From an uncultured bacterium (lineage in GTDB: Bacteria > Chloroflexota > Dormibacteria > Aeolococcales > Aeolococcaceae): a stretch of DNA of 64,000 bases. How positions within the stretch are numbered: the first letter of the stretch is position 1; each line of letters begins with the position of its first letter. The notes below the pieces were generated by a model. The model saw nothing but the letters and a program-made list of their open reading frames with translations, did no database searches and was not told the origin of the DNA. Location: contig CAVQTJ010000004.1 of the NCBI GenBank assembly GCA_963716555.1, positions 46,860 to 110,859 on the forward strand. Direction: 5' to 3'. Shown here piece by piece: positions 38,944 through 48,348 of this stretch. Made by a program: the position numbers and the translations under genes.

Positions 38944-40143
38944 ATGACCGGGTCGACGGGGACGGAGGTCCGGCCGATCTCCGACCGCGTCTCCCTGCCG
39001 GTGATCGCTCGGGAGTGGGGCCGCATCGGCTGCATCGGCTTCGGCGGTCCACCCACCCACATCGCCCTGCTCCGGCAGCTCTGCGTGGTCCAGAGGAGGT
39101 GGCTCAGCTCCCACGAGTTCGAGGACGGCATCGCCGCCACCAATCTCCTCCCCGGCCCGGCCTCCACCCAGCTCGCCATCTTCTGCGCCTGGCGGTTGCG
39201 CGGCGCGGCGGGCGCGCTGGTGGGCGGGCTCTGCTTCATCCTCCCCGGGCTCACCCTGATCATCGGGCTCTCGGCGCTCTTCCTGGCCAGCCACCCACCG
39301 AGGCTGATCCTCGGAGCCGCCGCCGGGGCCGGTGCGGCGGTCGCCGCCGTGGCCCTGAACGCCGCCCTGGGGCTCGTCCCACCGAGTTGGCGCCGGATCG
39401 GCATCTCCAAGGCGGATCACTGGCGCTGGACCGCCTACGCCCTGTGCGGGGCCACGGCCGCGGCCACCATCGGCTCGTTCCTGGTGCTGGTGCTGCTGGC
39501 TGCGGGATTGACCGAGGTGACCATCCGGCGGCTGCTCGCCCGGCCCCCGGGGGCTCTCCACTCGCTCGGCGTGCTGCCCCTGCTGGCAGCCGCAGCAACC
39601 TCGGTGGCGGGCATCGGCGCTCTGGCCTGGGAGGCATTCAAGGTGGGGGCGCTGTCGTACGGCGGTGGGTTTGTGATCGTCCCGCTGATGCAGGCCGACG
39701 TGGTGCACGCCTACCACTGGATGACCGGCGGCCAATTCTTGAACGCCGTGGCCCTCGGCCAGGTGACCCCCGGCCCGGTGGTGCAGACGGTCGCAGTGGT
39801 GGGCTTCGCGGCGGCCGGGCTCGGGGGCGCCCTGCTCGCCGCCCTGTTCGCCTTCGCTCCGTCCTTCGCTTTCATCCTCCTGGGCGGCCGGCATTTCGAC
39901 AAGATCCGCGGCAGTCCGGGCGTTCGCGCCTTCCTGACCGGCGCCGGCCCGGCGGCGATCGGCGCCATCGCCGGGTCGGCGATACCCCTCGGCCTCGCCC
40001 TGACCAGCGCCTGGCAGGTGGGAGTCCTGGGCGCCGCTCTGATCTGGATACTGGGCCTGCGTCGCAACGTGGTGATCGGTCTGGTCGGCGCCGCGGCGGT
40101 CGGGGTGTGCGCATCGGTCGCGGGGCTTCCGGTGGGAAACTGA
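38944..40143 (+). CDS. chrA: Chromate transporter (CHR family)
   Basis: IGCIGFGGPPTHIALL, LLPGPASTQLA and a duplicated second half (YGGGFVIVPL..LGQVTPGPV). The start was set to the ATG at 38944. Confidence 0.85.
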   Translation: MTGSTGTEVRPISDRVSLPVIAREWGRIGCIGFGGPPTHIALLRQLCVVQRRWLSSHEFEDGIAATNLLPGPASTQLAIFCAWRLRGAAGALVGGLCFILPGLTLIIGLSALFLASHPPRLILGAAAGAGAAVAAVALNAALGLVPPSWRRIGISKADHWRWTAYALCGATAAATIGSFLVLVLLAAGLTEVTIRRLLARPPGALHSLGVLPLLAAAATSVAGIGALAWEAFKVGALSYGGGFVIVPLMQADVVHAYHWMTGGQFLNAVALGQVTPGPVVQTVAVVGFAAAGLGGALLAALFAFAPSFAFILLGGRHFDKIRGSPGVRAFLTGAGPAAIGAIAGSAIPLGLALTSAWQVGVLGAALIWILGLRRNVVIGLVGAAAVGVCASVAGLPVGN

Positions 40144-40150
40144 TCACCGC

Positions 40151-41215
40151 ATGACCAGCGAACCGCCCGGTCTCGGCCCTCCCTGGCGACGCGCGCCGCG
40201 CGGGCGCTTCGAGGAATCGGTCATCGACAGCGAGGCTTTGCGCGACAACCCGCTGGGCGACCCCTGGGTCAGGCCGATCGTGGTCTACCTCCCCCCGGGC
40301 TACGACGACGAGCCTTCCCGGCATTACCCCGCGGTGTTCATGATCCAGGGCTTCAGCGGCCAGGTCGACATGTGGCAAAACCGGAGCGCCTTCCGGCCGA
40401 CCGTTCCCGAGCTGGTGGACGCGCTGATGAGCGACACGGACCCCCCGCCAGCCACCATCGTGGTCTTCGTCGACTGCTGGACCTCGCTGGGCGGCAGCCA
40501 GTTCCTGGATTCTCCGGCCATCGGCCGCTACCACAGCCATCTCTGCACTGAGGTGGTGCCATGGGTCGACGCCCGCTACCGCACCCTGGCCAGCGCCGCC
40601 CATCGCGGCGTCGCGGGCAAGTCGAGCGGAGGTTACGGAGCGTTGATCACCTGCATGCTCCGCCCCGACCTCTTCGGGGCGCTGGCCGACCACGCCGGCG
40701 ACGCCCTGTTCGAGAACTGCTATCTGCCCGACTTCCGGCGCTGCGCCCGGGTGCTGCGCGACCACTACGACGGCTCCTATGCGAATTTCTGGGCCGACTT
40801 CCGCTCCCGGCCGGCGCTGAGCCGTGACGGCGACAGCGAGCTGGTCAACGCCTGGGCGATGGCGGCGGCTTACTCCGCCGACCCGGACGGGACCGTGCGA
40901 CTCCCCTTCGAAACCGCCACCGGGCAGCTGATCCCCGACGTTTGGGAGCGCTGGCTGGAATGGGACCCGGTGCGGATGGCTCCACGCCACTCCGAGGCGC
41001 TGCGCTCGCTCCGTGGCGTGTATCTCGACGCCGGCCGTTCGGACGAATGGTTCCTCGATCTCGGCACCGACGCGGTGCGGCGGGTGCTCGAGGAGATGGG
41101 CGTGACCAATATCAGCTTCGAGCTCTTCGACGGGGGGCATGGCCGGATCGAATACCGGTACCCGATGGCCCTTCGCTTCCTGGCCGAGATCCTGGCCGCA
41201 CCACCGGACCGCTGA
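40151..41215 (+). CDS. Esterase-family alpha/beta hydrolase (PF00756-like)
   Basis: VVYLPPGYD..YPAVFMIQGFSG and the nucleophile elbow GKSSGGYGAL. Confidence 0.65.
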   Translation: MTSEPPGLGPPWRRAPRGRFEESVIDSEALRDNPLGDPWVRPIVVYLPPGYDDEPSRHYPAVFMIQGFSGQVDMWQNRSAFRPTVPELVDALMSDTDPPPATIVVFVDCWTSLGGSQFLDSPAIGRYHSHLCTEVVPWVDARYRTLASAAHRGVAGKSSGGYGALITCMLRPDLFGALADHAGDALFENCYLPDFRRCARVLRDHYDGSYANFWADFRSRPALSRDGDSELVNAWAMAAAYSADPDGTVRLPFETATGQLIPDVWERWLEWDPVRMAPRHSEALRSLRGVYLDAGRSDEWFLDLGTDAVRRVLEEMGVTNISFELFDGGHGRIEYRYPMALRFLAEILAAPPDR

Positions 41216-41298
41216 CCGGTACCGCGAGGCTACTCTGGAGCGCAGGGGGACCACACCGGGGGAGCCCGCCCACGGACGGCGGGAAGGAGGCGAATGAG

Positions 41299-41730
41299 AT
41301 GGACACCCCGACAGATCCTCAGGAGCTGGTGGCGGCCATGCCCTACAGCCGTGTCAACGGGGTGATGGTCGACGAGGCCCGGGCCGACCTGGTGACCGGC
41401 CGGATCAGGTGGTCGCCGGAGCGAACCACCGCCGGCGGCGACCTCCACGGCAGCGCACTGCTCACCCTCGCCGACAGCCTCGGCCAGATCTGCGCTCTGC
41501 TCAACCTCCCGCCCGGGGCCGGGACCACGACCCTGGGCTGCTCGAGCCAGTTCTTCCGCGGCATTCGCGGCGGTGACGCCCATGCGACGACCCGACCGAT
41601 CCACGTCGGCCGGCGGACGCTGGTGGTCCAGACCGATATCCGAGACGACGACGGGCGTCCGGTCGCCCAGATGACCCAGACCCAGGCGGTGCTGGTCGAC
41701 GCCCTGCCGATGGGGGCGCTGATGGCCTGA
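41299..41730 (+). CDS. PaaI-type hotdog thioesterase
   Basis: 143 aa. GDLHGSALLTLADSL and HVGRRTLVVQTDI are present. GGAAGGAGG lies 8 nt upstream of the ATG at 41299. Confidence 0.7.
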   Translation: MDTPTDPQELVAAMPYSRVNGVMVDEARADLVTGRIRWSPERTTAGGDLHGSALLTLADSLGQICALLNLPPGAGTTTLGCSSQFFRGIRGGDAHATTRPIHVGRRTLVVQTDIRDDDGRPVAQMTQTQAVLVDALPMGALMA

Positions 41731-41856
41731 GGGCACGACCCGGCGGCCGCCGGCTTCGCTGGGCCCCGCCCTGCCCCGCCCGCTCCGTAGAATTCCAGAG
41801 CGTTGGGCTGGCGCGGCGTCAGCCGCGTCCCCAGGCATCAGGCGAAGGAGACCCCG

Positions 41857-42897
41857 ATGAGCGTGTTCCGGCGCTTCAAAAACGTCGTCCAGCAGAAGTC
41901 CAACGCGGCTCTGGACAGAATGGAGGACCCATCGCAGGCGATCGACCTGTCCTACCAGCAACTCCTCGAGCAGCAGCAGAAGCTGCGGGCGGCACTGGTC
42001 GAGGCGACCACCGGTCAGAAGCGGCTCCAGAACCAGGCCAAGCAGATGGACGATCGGATCGCCAAGCTCAACGATGCCGCCCGCCAGGCGGTGAACGCCG
42101 GCAAGGAGGACCTCGCCACCCAGGCGCTCACCCAGGCCGAGGTGATGACCCAGCAGCGCCAGGGGCTGGACCCGCAGATCGAGTCGATCACCGCTCAGGT
42201 CCAGAGGCTGGAGCAATCGCTCCAGAAGTACCAGGCCAAGGTCCAGGCGTTCGCCACCCAGCGGGAATCGTTGAAGGCATCGTACGAGGCCGGCAAGGCG
42301 GTCAGCGCCGCCGGGGACACCCTGGCCGGCATCGGCGAGCACACCTCCGACGCGGCCATGATGATGCAGCGGGCCCAGGACAAGATCGCCCACACCCAGG
42401 CCCACGCCGACGCCGTCGACGCCCTGCTGGATAGCGGCACCCTCGACACTCCACTGCTCACCGGCGGGTCCACAACTCTGGAGGACCAGATCACCGCCAC
42501 CGTGGTCGACAGCAGCGTCCAGGCCAAGCTGGCAGCGCTCAAGCAGCAGGCGGCTCTGCCGGCACCGGCTGCCGCGGCCACGCCCGCCCTGACCGCGCAG
42601 GGGATCGTGGTCCGCATCCACGGCGAGGACCAGTACCGGCTCGACGCCTCGCTGCGGCCGGACCTGGATCAGTACGACCAGCGTCTGGTCGCCGCCGTGA
42701 GGGCCAAGGACGACGCCGCCTACCACACGGTGCTGCGCGACGTGATCGCCTTCGTCAAGGCCCGAGGAGTCGTCCTGGGCAACTCCGACATCACCAGCAG
42801 CGACATCATCCTGCCCAGCGACGACATACCCCTGGACGAGGTCACCGGAATCCTCGAGCAGGAGGGCCTGCAGCCCGCAGCCGGGACGCCCGCCTAA
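41857..42897 (+). CDS. pspA: PspA/IM30-family protein with a C-terminal PspAA-like extension
   Basis: The start was set at MSVFRRFKNVVQQKSNAALDRMEDP (GAAGGAG upstream). A long coiled coil follows, then an Ala/Pro linker and GIVVRIHGEDQYRLD...ILPSDDIPLDEV. Confidence 0.8.
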   Translation: MSVFRRFKNVVQQKSNAALDRMEDPSQAIDLSYQQLLEQQQKLRAALVEATTGQKRLQNQAKQMDDRIAKLNDAARQAVNAGKEDLATQALTQAEVMTQQRQGLDPQIESITAQVQRLEQSLQKYQAKVQAFATQRESLKASYEAGKAVSAAGDTLAGIGEHTSDAAMMMQRAQDKIAHTQAHADAVDALLDSGTLDTPLLTGGSTTLEDQITATVVDSSVQAKLAALKQQAALPAPAAAATPALTAQGIVVRIHGEDQYRLDASLRPDLDQYDQRLVAAVRAKDDAAYHTVLRDVIAFVKARGVVLGNSDITSSDIILPSDDIPLDEVTGILEQEGLQPAAGTPA

Positions 42898-42907
42898 CGA
42901 GCTCCGC

Positions 42908-43768
42908 TCAGCCCTCGCTGAACTCGGAGGGGGTCGCCACCGAGCTGTCCACGCCCCCCGCCTCGACAGCCTCGTCGTCCAGGCTGACGGTGAGCTCGGG
43001 TGCGATCGCCTGGTGCTGTGCCGCCACCAGGCGAACGGCGGTGCCGATCGCCAGGAACTCGATGACGTGGCTGCCCCAAACGTGCGACTTCTGCTCGATT
43101 CGCATCGCCACGATGCCCTGCGCCCGGGTGCGCTGGGCCTCCTCCTGCATTCGGGACATGGCCAGCTCCCGCGCCTCGTAGAGGGCTGACGTGTAGTTGG
43201 AGAGCTCGATGTTCTGGCTCTGCTGGCCCAGCCATTGACCCATCCGCTGATGGGCGACGTGGTACACGCAGGCCCCGAAGGCGAGCCCGATCGGCATGTA
43301 TCCGGCCCGTATCAGCAGGTAGAGGTCCTGCCCCGAAAGGTCGCTCACCCAGACCCCGTCGGAGCGAACCTGGGGGTTGGCCACCGCAGTCCCCATTGCC
43401 ACGAACTCGGCAAGACCGTGTCCGCCCTGATGGACTCTGACGTCGAGCCGGAGGCCCACGACTCCCTGGCCTCCGACCTGCTGAGCGTGCCGCTCCATGG
43501 AAGCGACCGCCTCCTGGCGCGCCTGGTACATGGCCTGGGTGAGCTGGCTCATCTCCTGGTTGTCGTTCCAGTTGGCGTACTGGATCCCCAGGTGGTAGAC
43601 GGCGCTGCCCACCACCAGGCCGCGGGGCTCGTAACCGATCTCCTTGAGCAGCACGGCCTCGTCCACCGAGAGGTCGCTGCTGAAGCTCCGGCCCTGGTGG
43701 CGCTCCCCGCCCTTGCCGGCGAGGCAGGCGAGGGCGGCGTCGGCGCGGGGGTGGGGCATGACCGCCAT
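42908..43768 (-). CDS. Two-domain YbjQ/DUF74-like protein, paralog 3
   Basis: Two modules: FSSDLSVDEA..GQGVVGLRLD..AMGTAV and WVSDLSGQDL..AQGIVAMRIE..AIGTAV. Its ATG overlaps the upstream stop (ATGA at 43768). Confidence 0.65.
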   Translation of the reverse strand: MAVMPHPRADAALACLAGKGGERHQGRSFSSDLSVDEAVLLKEIGYEPRGLVVGSAVYHLGIQYANWNDNQEMSQLTQAMYQARQEAVASMERHAQQVGGQGVVGLRLDVRVHQGGHGLAEFVAMGTAVANPQVRSDGVWVSDLSGQDLYLLIRAGYMPIGLAFGACVYHVAHQRMGQWLGQQSQNIELSNYTSALYEARELAMSRMQEEAQRTRAQGIVAMRIEQKSHVWGSHVIEFLAIGTAVRLVAAQHQAIAPELTVSLDDEAVEAGGVDSSVATPSEFSEG

Positions 43769-44775
43769 CAGCGCAACCTCATGATCGGGATGGGAGCCTC
43801 GTCGAGGGGGTCCTTGGCGTAGCGGCGGACCGCGGTGCCGAGCAGGAAGAGCTCGACCAGCGTGGACTCCCCGCCCAGCTCGTAGCTGGCGAAGTCGGTC
43901 GAGACCCCCACCGCGCCATCCGCATCAACCGCGGCGATCTCCGCCTCCAGGTGGTTGATGCCGAGCATCCGCGCCTCCTCGATGCCGTCGGACACCTGGG
44001 GCACGCGGGCGTTGGCCCAGGAGCGCAGCTGCCACTCGGTGCTGCAGCCGGGATCGATCTCCATCGCCCCGATGCCCATCACCAGGGCGATCGGGACGTA
44101 GCCGCCGTGGAGGAGCTTGCTGAAGGCGTTGCCGTCGAGGTGGGACATGAAGGGATCTCGGCCGAGCGGCGGGGCGCCGGGGCGTCGGATCGCGGTGCCG
44201 ATGCAGGTGAACTCGAGGGAGTTGCCGACCCCCTCCAGGTGGCGACGGAGAATGCGGACCCCAACCACCCCGTGGGCGCTGAGCCCGCGCGCCTCCTCGA
44301 GGATCCGGCGAAGGGCCGTGTTGCGGGTCTCGGTGATCCCCGCCTCGTAATAGCGGTGCTCCCAGTTGTACCCGGTGCGGTGTTCGCCGCCGCCGGTCAA
44401 CCCGACCCCCATGCCCATGCCCCGACCGCCGCCCATTCCATAGCCGCCATAGCCGCCGTAGCCCCCGTAGAAGCCATGGGTGCAGGGGTAGGTGCGCACC
44501 CGACCCCCGGCCGTGCCGGCTGTCCCGAAGACTGAGGTGTAACCCCATTGGGCCGCGATCCGGAAGACGCTCGATCCCATGACCATCCCGATCGGCTCGA
44601 AACCGGCGTGCTGGATCGCGGCCATCTCCGAGACCGACAGGTCGCTGGTCCAGGCCGTCTTGCCCTCGCGCAGCTCGTCGATCCGTTCCTGGGCTGCGAC
44701 GGGCAGGCCGCCGCGCTCCAGAGAGGCGATGCTGGCCTGCTGCCGCTCGAGCTCGGCGGCGTCCTCGCGGGGCAT
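43768..44775 (-). CDS. Two-domain YbjQ/DUF74-like protein, paralog 2, with a Gly/Tyr-rich insertion
   Basis: WTSDLSVSEM..AHGVVGVRIL..CIGTAI, then a divergent second module ending LLGTAV. The insertion is FYGGYGGYGGYGMGGGRGMGMG. ATGA overlaps at both ends. Confidence 0.65.
   Translation of the reverse strand: MPREDAAELERQQASIASLERGGLPVAAQERIDELREGKTAWTSDLSVSEMAAIQHAGFEPIGMVMGSSVFRIAAQWGYTSVFGTAGTAGGRVRTYPCTHGFYGGYGGYGGYGMGGGRGMGMGVGLTGGGEHRTGYNWEHRYYEAGITETRNTALRRILEEARGLSAHGVVGVRILRRHLEGVGNSLEFTCIGTAIRRPGAPPLGRDPFMSHLDGNAFSKLLHGGYVPIALVMGIGAMEIDPGCSTEWQLRSWANARVPQVSDGIEEARMLGINHLEAEIAAVDADGAVGVSTDFASYELGGESTLVELFLLGTAVRRYAKDPLDEAPIPIMRLR
44440..44475. repeat. Tandem 9-nt repeats encoding the (GGY)n tract
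   Basis: ATAGCCGCC, ATAGCCGCC, GTAGCCCCC, GTAGAAGCC on the + strand. Confidence 0.8.
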
Positions 44776-45608
44776 CAGCGGTCCAGGGAGAGGACCATGC
44801 GGGGGGTGGTGATCTGGCGATCGGGCAGCCTGCGGACCGCCGTTCCCACCGCGAAGAACTCGATGGTGTGGCTGCCCCAGACGTGGGACTTCTCCTGGAT
44901 CTGGACCCCGACGATGCCCTCGGCGCTCACCTTGCGAGCCTCGTCCTGCATCCGCTCCATGGCCAGCTCCCGCGCCTCGTAGAGGGCCTGGGTGAAGTTC
45001 GGCATCTCCTTGTTCTGGCCGATGTTGCCCATGGCCTTGAACATCCCCTGGTGGGCGACGTGATAGACGCAGGTGCCGAGCACCAGGCTGATGGGGGCAT
45101 GCCCGGACTGAAGCAGGGTCCAGAAGTCCTGCCCGGAGAGGTCGGAGGTGAACGGTTTGCCCTCAGGGGTCTTCCAATTGCCCCCATCCTCGGCGCTGAC
45201 CGCGGTGCCGATGGCGATGAACTCGGCGGTTCCGCGACCCCATTCGTAGAACCCGACATCGAGGCGGACCCCGAGGATGCCGTCGGCGCCGAGCACCGCT
45301 GCCTCCTCCTCCATCCGGCTCATCGCCAGCTCCCTCGCCGCGTACATGGCCTGGGTGAGGTTCTGCACCTCGCGGCTGGTGCTCCATCCCTTGGCGCTGA
45401 AGCCGATGTGATAAATGCTGCTGCCGACCACCAACCCCCGGGGGTGGAAGCCCGCCTCCTTGACCAGGAGGAATTCGTTGACCGAGAGGTCGCTGGTGAA
45501 GAGGGCGTCCTTGCCCTGAAGCTCGGCGAGGCGGCGCAGAGCGTCCTTGGGCAGGCCCTCGAGTGGAGCCGGCGGAGCCTCAGCCGGCGGGGACGGTACC
45601 TCGGTCAT
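44775..45608 (-). CDS. Two-domain YbjQ/DUF74-like protein, paralog 1
   Basis: FTSDLSVNEF..GADGILGVRLD..AIGTAV and FTSDLSGQDF..AEGIVGVQIQ..AVGTAV. Confidence 0.65.
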   Translation of the reverse strand: MTEVPSPPAEAPPAPLEGLPKDALRRLAELQGKDALFTSDLSVNEFLLVKEAGFHPRGLVVGSSIYHIGFSAKGWSTSREVQNLTQAMYAARELAMSRMEEEAAVLGADGILGVRLDVGFYEWGRGTAEFIAIGTAVSAEDGGNWKTPEGKPFTSDLSGQDFWTLLQSGHAPISLVLGTCVYHVAHQGMFKAMGNIGQNKEMPNFTQALYEARELAMERMQDEARKVSAEGIVGVQIQEKSHVWGSHTIEFFAVGTAVRRLPDRQITTPRMVLSLDR

Positions 45609-45651
45609 CTGGGGGGCGCCTCCTGTGGAGATGGACGAACGGCGAGCGCGG

Positions 45652-46044
45652 TCAAGTCACCTCGGAGCGCAGTCCCTGAACGGCCTCGGCGCTGACCTGA
45701 GCCTGGCTGCTCAGCACCTGGATCAGGGCCCTTCGCCAGGCGTCGAAACCCAGATCCTCCGAACGGAGAACGATACCGCGGACCGCATGAGCATGCCGGC
45801 AGGCAACTGAGCCACCCTTCATCTCCGCATCGAAGACGTCCTCGCCGACACGCACGGTGATCTTGCGGATCGGGTGCTCCTTCTTGAACAGCCCACCCTC
45901 GCGCTGGACCTCGACCAGGCTGGGCACGGTGGCCAGCAGCTTCGCGCAGAACACCTGAAAGAAGACGGCGATGTCGGCGGCGTCCAGGTGCAGCGAGGCG
46001 GCGACGCTGTCCAGGTCCGGGTCCGGGGGCTGGGCGTCGCTCAT
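45652..46044 (-). CDS. Hypothetical 130-aa protein, first gene of the YbjQ-like operon
   Basis: ATG start, balanced composition, 43 nt upstream of paralog 1. No motif recognised. Confidence 0.55.
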   Translation of the reverse strand: MSDAQPPDPDLDSVAASLHLDAADIAVFFQVFCAKLLATVPSLVEVQREGGLFKKEHPIRKITVRVGEDVFDAEMKGGSVACRHAHAVRGIVLRSEDLGFDAWRRALIQVLSSQAQVSAEAVQGLRSEVT

Positions 46045-46097
46045 CTCGGATCGAGTATAGGGACGGGCGCTGTTGCCTCGAACCGGATAATGGGGCC

Positions 46098-47243
46098 GTG
46101 TCGGAGAGCCCGGATGCCGTCGTGGTGGGAGGCGGCTTGATCGGCATGGCGATCACCTGGCGTGCCGCGGCGCTCGGCTGCCGGGTCGTCGTGGTGGATC
46201 CTCGACCGGGGGAGGGAGCCTCGTGGGCGGCGGCCGGAATGCTGGCTCCGGTGACCGAGGCCCACTTCGGCGAGGAGCCGCTGATCCGGCTCAATGTCGC
46301 CTCCGCAGCCGCCTACCCCTCGTTCATTGCGGAGCTGGAGGCGGAGTCGGGAGTCGAGTGTGGCTACCGCCGCTGCGGCACCCTGGCGGTGGGGCTGGAC
46401 GCCGACGACATCCGGGCGCTCGATGAGCTGGCCGGCTTTCAGCGGACACTGGGGCTGGAGGTGGAGAGGCTGAGCGGCCGGGAGTGCCGCGAGATGGAGC
46501 CGATGCTGGTTCCGAGCGTGGGGGGCGGCCTCCACGTCGCCTCCGACCACCAGGTGGACAGCCGCCGCATGGTCCGAGCCCTCATCGCCGCGGTGACCCG
46601 CCGGGCGGAGGTGGTGCGCCAGCGCGCCAGCCAGGTCCTCATCGCCGGTGAACGCGTGCTGGGGGTTCGCCTCGACGACGGACGGACGATCTCGGCGCCG
46701 ACCGTGGTGGTCGCCGCCGGCTGCTGGTCGCGCGAGCTGCCCGGTCTTCCCGAGGCAGCCCGGCCTCCGGTCCGGCCGGTCAAGGGCCAGGTCCTTCGGC
46801 TTCACGTCCCCGCCGAGCAACCCCTGCTGGGCCGGACGCTGCGCTGGCTGGCCCACGGCTCGCCGGGCTACCTGGTGCCGCGGCTTGATGGCGAGCTGGT
46901 GCTCGGGGCCACCTCCGAAGAGCGCGGCTTCGACACCGAGGTCACCGCCGGGGCGGTCTACGAGCTGCTCCGAGACGCGTACCGGGTTCTCCCCGGCATC
47001 ACCGAGGCCAACCTCATCGAGTGTCGGGCGGGGCTGCGGCCGGGCAGCCCCGACAACGCCCCGATCCTCGGAGCAACCGAGATCACGGGCCTGGTGCTGG
47101 CCACGGGACACCACCGCAACGGGGTCCTGCTGACCCCGGTCACCGCTTCGGCGATCGCATCCCAGGTGGCGACCGGCCAGGTGGACCGGTTGATCGCGCC
47201 GTTCGCCCCTGAGCGCTTCGGCGTCGCGGTGACCGCCCGGTGA
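46098..47243 (+). CDS. thiO: Glycine oxidase (FAD-dependent)
   Basis: DAVVVGGGLIGMAI dinucleotide fold. DAO-family body. Context with thiS and thiG. Confidence 0.8.
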   Translation: MSESPDAVVVGGGLIGMAITWRAAALGCRVVVVDPRPGEGASWAAAGMLAPVTEAHFGEEPLIRLNVASAAAYPSFIAELEAESGVECGYRRCGTLAVGLDADDIRALDELAGFQRTLGLEVERLSGRECREMEPMLVPSVGGGLHVASDHQVDSRRMVRALIAAVTRRAEVVRQRASQVLIAGERVLGVRLDDGRTISAPTVVVAAGCWSRELPGLPEAARPPVRPVKGQVLRLHVPAEQPLLGRTLRWLAHGSPGYLVPRLDGELVLGATSEERGFDTEVTAGAVYELLRDAYRVLPGITEANLIECRAGLRPGSPDNAPILGATEITGLVLATGHHRNGVLLTPVTASAIASQVATGQVDRLIAPFAPERFGVAVTAR

Positions 47244-47464
47244 GCTCCGGCGCCGGCCCCTCCCCCGCTGTCGTCGTCAACGGCTCGACCCGCCGGGTGG
47301 CCCCGGGGAGCTCCGTGGCCGACCTGGTCGAGAGCTTGGGGAGGGGGAGTGAGGGCATCGCGGTGGCCGTCAACCTCGAGGTGGTCAGCCGCAGCCGCTG
47401 GTCCGAGACCCGCCTGGGCGACGGCGACCGGGTGGAGATCATGACCGCGGCACAGGGAGGCTGA
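47240..47464 (+). CDS. thiS: Sulfur-carrier protein ThiS
   Basis: 74 aa ending ..[12 protein letters not shown] overlap with the thiO stop. Confidence 0.8.
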   Translation: MSSGAGPSPAVVVNGSTRRVAPGSSVADLVESLGRGSEGIAVAVNLEVVSRSRWSETRLGDGDRVEIMTAAQGG

Positions 47465-47466
47465 GG

Positions 47467-48289
<823 letters not shown>

Positions 48290-48348
48290 GCACGCATGAC
48301 CGCCCCGAGTTGGCCGTGACCGGCTAGCCGGCCCGATCCCATCCAGCC

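Noticed and set aside
44400-44480. Short tandem repeats considered as a CRISPR-like or minisatellite locus.
   Set aside because: They are in-frame 9-nt coding repeats inside a gene (the GGY tract) without spacers. No CRISPR array exists in this window.
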